Shown here piece by piece: positions 29,175 to 38,064 of a stretch of 64,000 nucleotides of DNA. The first letter of the stretch is position 1; the number at the start of each line of letters is the position of its first letter. Under the pieces are notes generated by a model that ran no database searches, was not told the DNA's origin, and saw nothing but the letters and a program-made list of their open reading frames with translations. The stretch spans positions 1,354 through 65,353 of the forward strand of contig CAZLPU010000019.1 of NCBI GenBank assembly GCA_964561475.1. Reading direction: 5' to 3'. The stretch is from an uncultured Alphaproteobacteria bacterium. Its GTDB lineage: Bacteria > Pseudomonadota > Alphaproteobacteria > JAJFIK01. The translations under genes were made by a program, and so were the position numbers.

Positions 29175-30509
29175 TCAGGTCTGGGTCTCCTTAGGCAGAG
29201 TCAAAGCGCTCAAAATCAGCGCGGCGATGACACCGCCGCAACCCATATAGGCCACGAAGTAGGATCCGGTCTGATCATAACTCAGGCTGAAGAGGAACGG
29301 CCCGATCGCACTGCCCAGAACCTGGAGAGACGCTGCGGTCCCGCTGATCTCCCCCAGATACAGTGTGCCGAAACTGCGGACAAAGGCGAGGTGCACCAGA
29401 ACGGCCCAGAACCCGGACCCCACACCAAACCCGCCGATCATCACCCACTTGCCCCAGTCAGCCTCCAGGCGGGTCAGACCGAATGTACCCACCAGTAAAG
29501 CCATCAGCATAAGGATGAGAAAGGGCTTCAGGGCAACCCGGTCCGCGATGGGCCCCAGGCTGAGGGTCAAGATCAACGCCGTCAGGGCCTGGGGCAGAAA
29601 ATAGGTGTAGGCCTCGCCGGCGGGCCGACCCGCTTGTGCAAAGACCGACACGATGTGGAAGGTCACAGCCGTGCCGAACAGGGCCCACATGGCCAGAGAC
29701 AGACCGTAAATCCAGAAAACCGGGCTGCGCCGGGCCTCCCGGGCGGTGGCGCTGGGCCGCTGGGACAGGCTGCTCTGGGGGGTGCCCGGCACCGGCCCGC
29801 CATCGGGTTCCAGGCCGCACTGCTCCGGCCGGTCCCGCACGGTGACAAGGGCAAGGCCCGCGAACAAGACGCCCACCACCAGAGCCATGGTCCACAGCGC
29901 GCCCTGCCAGCCCAATGCGCCGATGGCCAGGGCCAGAACCAGGGGGGCCAGGGAAAACCCCACGGAGGTGATCGGACTGCGCAGGCTGTTCACGAGACCG
30001 CGCCGACGCTCAAACCACAGCATAAGGAGATTGCCCGAGGCATTGGGCAACACCCCCTGCCCGGAAAAGCGCACACCGAAATAACCCGCAAGGATCAGGG
30101 GAAAAGTCACACTGCCCACGGACACCCCCAGCCATCCGGCGAGGGTCTGCCCCATGATCCCGATCATGCTGATGTAGACCAGGGTGCCAGCGAGGGCGAG
30201 ACTCGCGGTGATCAACATCACCCGGGCGCCGAACCGGTCGAACAGACGCCCGGCATAGGGTAACAGCGCCGCACTGGTGGTGGTGCCGACGAGATAGGCG
30301 AAGGACAGTTCCGAGCGGGTGAGATCGAAGGCCCCGATGAAGACATCCGTGAACACCGCAATGCCCACGGTCTGGCCGGGCAGGCTCATCAGGATACCGG
30401 TGGTCGACACCCCCCAGATCACCCATCCGTAGAAAAAGGGCCAGTTGGTGACGCCGTAAGGCCAGTCCGCCGGTAAGATGGAGATCCGGCGGGGATGTTG
30501 GACGGACAT
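29175..30509 (-). CDS. MFS transporter
   Basis: 12 predicted TM segments. MFS-type loop motifs (GRLFDRFGAR). Confidence 0.85.
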   Translation of the reverse strand: MSVQHPRRISILPADWPYGVTNWPFFYGWVIWGVSTTGILMSLPGQTVGIAVFTDVFIGAFDLTRSELSFAYLVGTTTSAALLPYAGRLFDRFGARVMLITASLALAGTLVYISMIGIMGQTLAGWLGVSVGSVTFPLILAGYFGVRFSGQGVLPNASGNLLMLWFERRRGLVNSLRSPITSVGFSLAPLVLALAIGALGWQGALWTMALVVGVLFAGLALVTVRDRPEQCGLEPDGGPVPGTPQSSLSQRPSATAREARRSPVFWIYGLSLAMWALFGTAVTFHIVSVFAQAGRPAGEAYTYFLPQALTALILTLSLGPIADRVALKPFLILMLMALLVGTFGLTRLEADWGKWVMIGGFGVGSGFWAVLVHLAFVRSFGTLYLGEISGTAASLQVLGSAIGPFLFSLSYDQTGSYFVAYMGCGGVIAALILSALTLPKETQT

Positions 30510-30669
30510 GGATGTTTCCCGAGATGGAGCAGAGCCTGCATGGGCGCGATCATCGACCGCGCTCAAGTGTAGCCATGTCCCGGCGCAAAGATCCAGAAAA
30601 CCCTTTCAGGACAGGGGTGTAGGTCCCCGCTCACAGGGAGAGCACCTGCCGGTAGCCACGGAACGGGCC

Positions 30670-30912
30670 CTATATGCGCACCAGGAAAGCAATCTGGAAG
30701 AGGTAATAGCACAGTGCCACGACCAGAAGGATAAGCGGGACAGCCAGAAAGGCGAGTTGGGGTGAAGGCCGGTCGCTCACCACCATGGTCATGAACCAGA
30801 ACAGAAAAAAGGTGATCAGCATGAAGATCCGCCCAAGTTCGCTGGAGGCGGTCAGAGCGATGAGACCGGCAATGACCAGTGCTTTAATCAGCAGAAGGAA
30901 CACATTTCTCAT
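30670..30912 (-). CDS. hypothetical small membrane protein
   Basis: 80 aa with three hydrophobic segments. Weak support. Confidence 0.35.
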   Translation of the reverse strand: MRNVFLLLIKALVIAGLIALTASSELGRIFMLITFFLFWFMTMVVSDRPSPQLAFLAVPLILLVVALCYYLFQIAFLVRI

Positions 30913-30973
30913 TTTTCAATCCGTCCTGTGGCCGGGCGCCTGCTCTCGGCTATTCAACACCGGGACCCGGGTG

Positions 30974-31630
30974 TCAAAACAGTGTGGCAAGGGCTGGAGC
31001 AGATTGGGGCCGGGTCATGATCCGGTACCGGGACAGGTGGGGCAGGCCGATGAACCGGCAGGCGGTGGCATCCGGCCCCTCACCCACCGAGCCATGGCCC
31101 ACGGCCGCCGTGACGTTACCCCAGCACAGGGGGATCCGTTCGACGTGCTTCACACGGATGAGTTGGGATACGGCCTTGATGGCGACACCGCCCATGGTGA
31201 CAATGGTCTTCGGTCGGGCACGGATAAGCACATCCCGCCACAGATCCATGCCGAAGCCAAGGGCTTCATTTCTGTGTTCCAGGGTTTCCCAGGAGGGGGA
31301 TCGGAACGGCACGAGGTTGCCCGCCAGCACCTGCGGCGGCAGCGCGCCAAGCCGTTCGAACAGGGCGCGGACCTGGATCTGGAGAGGACTTTTACCGGCC
31401 GGATGCCTCGCCCAGGCTTCATGCACATAGGCGCTTTGCCCCTCAGCCATGGCAAAAGCACCCTGCCCTGCTTGCGCTTTCGTACCGCCTGGGTTCAATC
31501 CGATAAAGGCACAAGGCGCACCGTCAAGAACCGCCTCGGGGCTGTAGAGAAAGCGCCAGCCCAAGGCGTGGCCCTGGCGCTCATAGGCGGTCTCGATCCT
31601 GGCCGCCAGACCGGCCTTATCGGCGGACAA
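30974..31630 (-). CDS. uracil-DNA glycosylase superfamily protein
   Basis: FIGLNPGG motif (the GxNPG motif of Mug/UDG-like enzymes) and conserved downstream His. Confidence 0.5.
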   Translation of the reverse strand: MSADKAGLAARIETAYERQGHALGWRFLYSPEAVLDGAPCAFIGLNPGGTKAQAGQGAFAMAEGQSAYVHEAWARHPAGKSPLQIQVRALFERLGALPPQVLAGNLVPFRSPSWETLEHRNEALGFGMDLWRDVLIRARPKTIVTMGGVAIKAVSQLIRVKHVERIPLCWGNVTAAVGHGSVGEGPDATACRFIGLPHLSRYRIMTRPQSAPALATLF

Positions 31631-31746
31631 GGCGCATCACTCCAGGGTCTCGGACTGGTCAGTCGTCTGACGATCTGCGCTTTGCTTGACCTGGGACTGG
31701 GCCTCTACCTGGGACTGGGCTTGGGACTTAAGGAGCATCCGGCGCC

Positions 31747-34278
31747 TCAGTCGCCGCCTTGGGGAATGAAGAAGAAGCTGCCGTAGTCGTGACGGGCGGC
31801 GGTGATTTCCTGGAAGGTCGGCTGCTGGGCGGAGCCCGACACGGTGGAGGTGTCATTGAACACCGCTTCCCGGACCACAGGGGCCACATCCTCGATGCTC
31901 AGAATACGCCCTTCCGCGATGCGCAGGATACGCATGAAGTTTTCCGTGAACACCGAGTGGCGTTCCGAGCCCCCATCAAGAACCGGACGGTTGCCGCCGG
32001 AGGTGAGCACCAGACGCGACCGGCGCCGGGCCCGGTCCCGGTACCATTCCGTCAGGCGGCGGCCCTGGGCGGCACTGCGGGGCGACACCAGACGGGTGGG
32101 ATCGCCCGTGCCTGCGTAACAGGAATCCACCACCAGCAGCACCTGGCTTGCATCGATCGCACCCAGAATTTCCGAAATCTGCCGGGAGTCAATCCATTCG
32201 GATTTGGCGCTCTCCCCCTGGCCCGCTTCCGCCGGTACCCAATAGGTGGTGCTCGCATCATCCTTGTCGTACATGCCGTGGCCGGCATAAAACACCAGCA
32301 GGTGGTCCCGGCGCTGGAGCCTCTCCCGATAACTGTCCAGGGCCCGGAGGATTTCCAGCTTGGTGGCATCCCGCAAGGGCGTGACCTCGAAGCCGAACTC
32401 CTCGCGCAGCATATCGCCCACGGCCTCCGCATCCCGCAAGGCCGACGGCAGGGTTTCCCACTGGGCGTAGCTGCTGTTGCCGATCACCAGGGCGTGGTAG
32501 GTGCCAAAATCGATGTTGGAGAGATCGCCTACACGGGGCCCACGGACAACCTCGAGGACCGGTGCGGCGTCCTCGTCCCCTCCGCCCGCGGAAAGCTGAC
32601 CGTTGGAGCGCCAGACCAGAACACCGCGCCGGTTTTGATTGTCGATGGCCGCGATTTCCACCACATCATCGGCGCTCACCAGACCGACCCGTTCATCAAA
32701 CCGTCCGTCATCGGCGATATCGACGGGCTGATCGTTGATGGTGAGCAGAACAAGGTTATCCCGGCTGAACACCCGGCCTTTCAGGCGCACAAAGAAGGAT
32801 ACGGAGGTATCCGCACCGCGGAACACCCGCTTGGTGGGGCCTTCCACACTGAGAATGGTGATCTGGGGCGCGGACAGGGTCTCAATTTCCCGGTTAAGGT
32901 CCGCCAGTTCCTGTTCATAAGCGGCAACCCGGCCCCGCTCGGACGCAATGGTCTGCTCCAGCTCCTCCATCTTGCGGCGCGCGTCCGCAAGGCGGCGTTC
33001 CGCTTCTGCCAGCCGGGCCCGCATGGCTTCCAGTTCTTCCCGGCTGTTTTCCAGGGCCAGGCGGTTGGCATCCCGCTCTTCCGCCGCCGTACGCAGATCG
33101 TCTTCGAGGGAAGTGATCCGGGCCTCCCGCTCCACAAGAGCGGTCTGCAAACGGGCAATTTCCCCCGCCTTCTGCTCCACACTCTGGCGGCGTTCCTCCA
33201 CGGCGCGGGTCAGAGAGGCGACCCGGTCCTGAAGGGTGCGGATTTCAGCGCTGCTGCCTTGGGCACCCGCCTGGGCCGCTGATCGGGCTGCTTCCAGGGC
33301 GGCTTTGGCGGCAGCCAGCGCCACCTGGGTCTCGTTGTAGCGTTTCCGCTCCTCCGCCAACTGATCCTGGAGAGATGTGAGAGACTGACGGGCGTCGTCC
33401 CGCTCTGCCCGGAGCCGGACCAGGGCAGCGTCCCGGTCGGCAATCCGGGCCTCAAGAGCCGCGATGCGCTCACGGAGCTTTTCCGTCTCGCCGGACTGCT
33501 CCAGGGCCAGCGCCTCATCCACAATGCGGATCTGCTGGTCGTGGTTCGTTAGCCGCTGGCGCAGTCCTGCTGCCTCTTTTTCCAATGTGTCGAGACGGGT
33601 TTCCGCCTCAACCCGGCGACTTTCAGCGGTCTCCCGGGCCTTCTCCGAGGCTCTGAGCTGGTCGCGCACCGTGGAGACTTCCTTGCGCAGACGCTCGATC
33701 TCCTGTTCGAGAACGGCAATTCGCTGTTCTTCCTTGGACTGAAAAACAAGATCACCCAGACCGGTCGCCTTGCGGTACCAGAAAAGCGCCTGTTCGGAAT
33801 CCTGCTCCACACCCCGGCCCAATTCGTAAAGCCGCCCCAGACGGAGCATCGCCGTGGTGTCGCCCTTGTCGGCCGCCCGGCGGTACCATTTCGCCGCTTC
33901 GGCATAATCCTCGAAGGTGTCTTCGTAAAGCTCGCCTACGGTGCGGATCGCTTCCGGATCCCCTTTCTCCGCCTGGGTCTTCCAGGCCTGAAGCACCTCC
34001 CGGTAGCTCCCCGGATCGCTGGCGATGAACCGTCCGCCCCGGATGGCGCAATCCCGCTGGGACGTCTTGATCACCCGTCCGGGGATCATCCGGGTCTGAC
34101 GCTGCCCGATCTGACGGACACGGGGAGGAAGCTGGCAGGTGACGATCAAATATTGATCAGCAGGCGCAGCACTCGCTGCCCCGGGTACCGAGACGACCGC
34201 CGCCGGGGTCGCCACCAGTCCCGCCAGAAAGAAAAGAGACCAAAGAAAACGGTGTTTTTTGCTTTGCCGGTTGGACAT
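31747..34278 (-). CDS. secreted Sel1-repeat / long coiled-coil / caspase-like (peptidase C14) protein
   Basis: Signal peptide. Sel1 repeats (AAKWYRRAADKGDTTAM, ALFWYRKATGLGD). About 300-aa heptad coiled coil. C-terminal caspase domain with dyad LLVFYAGHG ... LLVVDSCYAG. Confidence 0.8.
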   Translation of the reverse strand: MSNRQSKKHRFLWSLFFLAGLVATPAAVVSVPGAASAAPADQYLIVTCQLPPRVRQIGQRQTRMIPGRVIKTSQRDCAIRGGRFIASDPGSYREVLQAWKTQAEKGDPEAIRTVGELYEDTFEDYAEAAKWYRRAADKGDTTAMLRLGRLYELGRGVEQDSEQALFWYRKATGLGDLVFQSKEEQRIAVLEQEIERLRKEVSTVRDQLRASEKARETAESRRVEAETRLDTLEKEAAGLRQRLTNHDQQIRIVDEALALEQSGETEKLRERIAALEARIADRDAALVRLRAERDDARQSLTSLQDQLAEERKRYNETQVALAAAKAALEAARSAAQAGAQGSSAEIRTLQDRVASLTRAVEERRQSVEQKAGEIARLQTALVEREARITSLEDDLRTAAEERDANRLALENSREELEAMRARLAEAERRLADARRKMEELEQTIASERGRVAAYEQELADLNREIETLSAPQITILSVEGPTKRVFRGADTSVSFFVRLKGRVFSRDNLVLLTINDQPVDIADDGRFDERVGLVSADDVVEIAAIDNQNRRGVLVWRSNGQLSAGGGDEDAAPVLEVVRGPRVGDLSNIDFGTYHALVIGNSSYAQWETLPSALRDAEAVGDMLREEFGFEVTPLRDATKLEILRALDSYRERLQRRDHLLVFYAGHGMYDKDDASTTYWVPAEAGQGESAKSEWIDSRQISEILGAIDASQVLLVVDSCYAGTGDPTRLVSPRSAAQGRRLTEWYRDRARRRSRLVLTSGGNRPVLDGGSERHSVFTENFMRILRIAEGRILSIEDVAPVVREAVFNDTSTVSGSAQQPTFQEITAARHDYGSFFFIPQGGD

Positions 34279-34426
34279 GCCGCACCTGTTTTTTTTAAGG
34301 AGGGTCAGATATCGCGTTTCCGAACGAAAAGAAGGCGCCTCGTTGTACCACGAGCGCCTTCCCCTCATTCATACCAATCATTCACGAACCAGCCCGGGCA
34401 TTCAAGAAGCAGATTGGGCTGCTGGC

Positions 34427-34480
34427 CCCAAGGTTCAAAACCCAAGGTTCAAAACCCACGGTTCAAAACCCATGGTTCAC
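34427..34480. repeat. 3.9 copies of a 14-bp tandem repeat (CCCAAGGTTCAAAA) between autotransporter stop and Sel1-caspase gene
   Basis: Direct reading: cccaaggttcaaaa / cccaaggttcaaaa / cccacggttcaaaa / cccatggttcac. Each unit contains GGTT-N-AACC inverted arms. Confidence 0.8.
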
Positions 34481-35946
34481 AGATTGAATGGCACCCGGAT
34501 TTCAGCGCTCACCGCGTGGCTGCTCAGACGATCGAGCCCCAGAACGGTGCCGTAATCAAGGGCTACATCGAAACGGTCCATGACATTGCCGGACACGCCG
34601 AAGCCGACAACAAAGCTGCTCCGGTCCGGCTCGTCGGTGATGAAGGTCCCGAAATCGCCGGCGGTGGAGGAGACACCAGACTGGGCCGTGTACTGAGCGC
34701 GCAGGGCCCGGCTGTCGTCGCTGAATTCCCGGACCCATTCACCCCGGGCATGCACCACAAGGATCGCAAAAGGGCCGTAGCCGGAGGCGTAGACCTTCGA
34801 GCCATGGGCGCCGACGGCCAGCTTCACCGATGTGATTTCCTGATCGCCGAAGGTGATGTTCAGACCCTGGGCCCCGGTTTCCCCGTAGCCGTCAATGTCT
34901 GCATTCACATAGTCCAGCCGCAGGGACGGCCCGAAATAAGTGGCCTTCGCAATCCGGAAATCGTAATCGGCGCCGACACTGACGGCGATGGTGTTCCCGT
35001 CGGTCTCCCCGTTCGCCGTCCGGCGCAACTGGCTGCCGCCGTTCAGGTTCAGGTCGAAGATGTTGATGCGCCGGTTCGTTTCGAAATCAGCGGCGGAGTA
35101 CTGGAACATGCCGTAGACGGAGAGCGCTTCGATCCGCGCGGGCTGATAGTACGCATACAGGGTGCCGGTCAACGCGTCCGTGTTGAACTCACCGCCGGCG
35201 GAGGCAGAATCCGCGCCCAGATCGGTGAAATCGGAGGACAACTGGCTGTAACCGAAGGACGCGCCGAGCCAGACGCCGCCATTGAAGGCGTAGTCCACAC
35301 CGGCGGTAATGGCGAAACCGTCGAACTCGAACCCGTTTTCCAGGCGGCTGCGCTCATAATCGCCGAAGAAGAAGCTGCCGTTCAGGAAGGCGCCCCACCG
35401 GCTGATGCCCAGGTCTTCGAATGCATCATCCTGGGCAGCGGCGGCCGCCGCACCGGCCACGAGGAAGCTCATGGGCTGGGCGTCGGACTGGATCTGACCG
35501 GATGCGGCCAAAGCCCGGCCGGTGTCCGCGCCCGGAGCGCTGGCAATCCCGGTCACGGAGCGGATCTGCTGGATCCGGGAATAGACATTGGTGAACTGCT
35601 GGGTGTTCAGTTCCGTGAGGCTGGAGCCCTGGGCGCTGAACTCTTCCGGCGCCACCTGCTCGAAGCCGTTGGAACCGCCCTGACGAAGCAGGGAGTTGCA
35701 GCGCTGGAACAGGTCCTCTTCATCGGAACTCAGCCCGCCACCGCCGCTCAAGGCTGCCAGATCCGGACAAATGGCCTGGACGAGCTGGCGCATTTCGCCG
35801 GTATTGCCGTCCTCGGAAAATCCGTTCGTCTCCTGAGCGGACACCGGTGCCGCCAGAGCGAAACACGCGGCGGCGAATGTGACCGCCGCGCCCCGTGTGC
35901 GCTGCGGCATGCCGTTGATCAGCTTCACATGCTTACTGAAAATCAT
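34477..35946 (-). CDS. autotransporter-type outer membrane beta-barrel protein (short passenger)
   Basis: Signal peptide MIFSKHVKLINGMPQRTRGAAVTFAAACFALAAPVSA. C-terminal ~280 aa have alternating beta-strand pattern rich in G/Y/F (GAFLNGSFFFGDYERS...GVDYAFNGGVWLGASFGY). Confidence 0.6.
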   Translation of the reverse strand: MIFSKHVKLINGMPQRTRGAAVTFAAACFALAAPVSAQETNGFSEDGNTGEMRQLVQAICPDLAALSGGGGLSSDEEDLFQRCNSLLRQGGSNGFEQVAPEEFSAQGSSLTELNTQQFTNVYSRIQQIRSVTGIASAPGADTGRALAASGQIQSDAQPMSFLVAGAAAAAAQDDAFEDLGISRWGAFLNGSFFFGDYERSRLENGFEFDGFAITAGVDYAFNGGVWLGASFGYSQLSSDFTDLGADSASAGGEFNTDALTGTLYAYYQPARIEALSVYGMFQYSAADFETNRRINIFDLNLNGGSQLRRTANGETDGNTIAVSVGADYDFRIAKATYFGPSLRLDYVNADIDGYGETGAQGLNITFGDQEITSVKLAVGAHGSKVYASGYGPFAILVVHARGEWVREFSDDSRALRAQYTAQSGVSSTAGDFGTFITDEPDRSSFVVGFGVSGNVMDRFDVALDYGTVLGLDRLSSHAVSAEIRVPFNL

Positions 35947-36310
35947 GGCCCCTCTACCCTTGCTCCCCATGCGCGCTATGCACGTCTTAATACTACTCTG
36001 AACGCTGCGGCATTATGGATAAGTGTGCAGTACCGGGTCAAGCCCGAGAAGAGTGTCATGATGAAGACTGTATTGGCGCGCGGATCAAGGTCTCAGCGCG
36101 GTCGAACCCACTGACATTGCCATAAGCTCATGTGATGGCCCGTTGAATCCATTTTCCAGGTATGGCCCGCTGACGAACACGGGGGCGGAGCAGAAAAAGA
36201 ATACAATCCAACCTGGGGGTTATAGTTTTCAGACCGTTGCCTGATCGATACATCACAAGCCGGGTCCCATGGCCCCTTATCCCGCTTTCCAAACCAGATG
36301 AGGCCGTCCC

Positions 36311-38005
36311 ATGCGCACCAAGACCATCTCAGGACCCGACCGCTTCCCCGATGGAGCGGAGCAGGTCAGCGGGACCATCATCATCCGGTTTGTCTCCCTT
36401 TTGATCCTGGCGGTGACCATCCTGGCGCTGTCCCGCGGCGCACCGGCCCTCGCCAATGAAGGGGCCGCATACGGCGGTGCCCAGGACAGGGACATAGACC
36501 GGGAGCGGGACCGGGAGCGCATCGCCCTGGTCATCGGCAACAGCAATTACCGGGATGCGCCCCTGGCCAATCCCATCCAGGATGCCCGGGTGATGAAAGA
36601 GGCCCTGGAGAAAGTGGGGTTCCAGGTCAATCTGCTGATTGATGAAGACCAGAAGACCATCAAACGGGCGATCCAGCAGCTTGGCCAGGATCTCCGGGCG
36701 GCCTCGAAGGATGCCATCGGGTTCTTCTATTTCGCCGGTCACGGCATCCAGTCCAACGGGGTGAACTACCTTATTCCTCTGAATGCGGAAATCACCACGG
36801 AAGCGGACCTGGAGATCGAGGCCGTGGATGCCAACTGGGTGCTGCGCTACATGGAGCAGGCGGGCAATTCCATCAATTTCCTGGTGCTGGATGCCTGCCG
36901 GAACAATCCGCTGGAACGCTCTTTCCGCAGCGCCACCAGGGGGCTTGCCCGGATGCGCGCGCCCACGGGCAGCGTGATCGTCTATGCCACCCGTCCCGGC
37001 GATGTGGCCCTTGATGACAGCGACTTCGCCGGCGCCCTGGCCGAAGAAATCCAAAAGCCCGGCGTGGCCACGGAAGAAATGCTCCGCAATGTGGGTGCCA
37101 AGGTCTATGAGACGACCCGGGGCCGCCAGCAGCCTTATGTGGAATCCTCCCTGATCGTACCGTTCTATTTCGCCGGCCCGCCGGAAGAGACCACCACGCG
37201 CCCGGCGGAACCGGAAATCGACTACCGGGTGGGCATGACGTTCCGGGATTGTCCGAACTGCCTGGAAATGGTCGTGCTGCCGGCGGGACGCTTCACCATG
37301 GGCGCGGCCCCGGACGAACAGGGGGCGACGGGCTGGGAACAGCCCACACGGATCGTCACCCTGTCCGAGAAGATCGCTATGTCGAAATACGAGGTCACCT
37401 GGGATCACTGGGACCGGTGCGTTGCGGACGGGTTTTGCCGACGGATCGCCAACGGACCGGTGCGGGATCAGGCTGCCCATCCGGTCAGCACGGTCCGGTG
37501 GCGGGACATCACCGGGCAAGGTGCTCAGTACAGGGGCTTTCTGGAATGGCTGAACGCGGCCCTTGAGGACAAGCCCTACCGTCTGCCCAGCGAGGCCGAA
37601 TGGGAATACGCCGCCCGCGCCGGCGCCCAGAGCCGGTTTGCCTGGGGGGATGAAGACCCGGTCTGCCTCACCGACGCAGCGAATGGGGCGGCCTTCAGCG
37701 CCTGCCAGCATAGCCGGCCCATTGAGGTCGGCCGGTTCCAGCCCAATGGCTTCGGTCTCTACGACATGCACGGCAATGTTGAGGAGTGGGTGCAGGATTG
37801 CTGGCACCCCTCCTACCGGGGTGCACCCCGGAACGGTTCCGCCTGGATGGGTGCCTCCGGGGGCGAATGCTCCCGGGCCGTGGTGCGGGGCGGCGCCTGG
37901 AACCACACCCCTGCCCTCCTGCGCTCGGCGGACCGCAACTGGGCGGAACGGGGGGCGGCCTATGACAGTCTGGGTTTCCGGGTGGTGCGGGACCTGCCCC
38001 GCTAG
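36311..38005 (+). CDS. caspase-like (peptidase C14) domain fused to FGE-sulfatase (SUMF1-like) domain
   Basis: N-terminal TM/signal. Caspase dyad FFYFAGHG ... LVLDACRNNP. C-terminal FGE-sulfatase motifs RLPSEAEWEYAARAG, GLYDMHGNVEEWVQD, RVVRGGAW. The FGE catalytic Cys pair is absent. Confidence 0.8.
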   Translation: MRTKTISGPDRFPDGAEQVSGTIIIRFVSLLILAVTILALSRGAPALANEGAAYGGAQDRDIDRERDRERIALVIGNSNYRDAPLANPIQDARVMKEALEKVGFQVNLLIDEDQKTIKRAIQQLGQDLRAASKDAIGFFYFAGHGIQSNGVNYLIPLNAEITTEADLEIEAVDANWVLRYMEQAGNSINFLVLDACRNNPLERSFRSATRGLARMRAPTGSVIVYATRPGDVALDDSDFAGALAEEIQKPGVATEEMLRNVGAKVYETTRGRQQPYVESSLIVPFYFAGPPEETTTRPAEPEIDYRVGMTFRDCPNCLEMVVLPAGRFTMGAAPDEQGATGWEQPTRIVTLSEKIAMSKYEVTWDHWDRCVADGFCRRIANGPVRDQAAHPVSTVRWRDITGQGAQYRGFLEWLNAALEDKPYRLPSEAEWEYAARAGAQSRFAWGDEDPVCLTDAANGAAFSACQHSRPIEVGRFQPNGFGLYDMHGNVEEWVQDCWHPSYRGAPRNGSAWMGASGGECSRAVVRGGAWNHTPALLRSADRNWAERGAAYDSLGFRVVRDLPR

Positions 38006-38064
38006 GACACGGACTCGGTGCCATGCTCCGCACACCACATTCACGGCCCTATTGACGGCCACAC

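Noticed and set aside
30785-31786. 333-aa plus-strand ORF
   Set aside because: It overlaps the minus-strand UDG-like gene, which has a recognisable GxNPG motif. The plus-strand product is low complexity.
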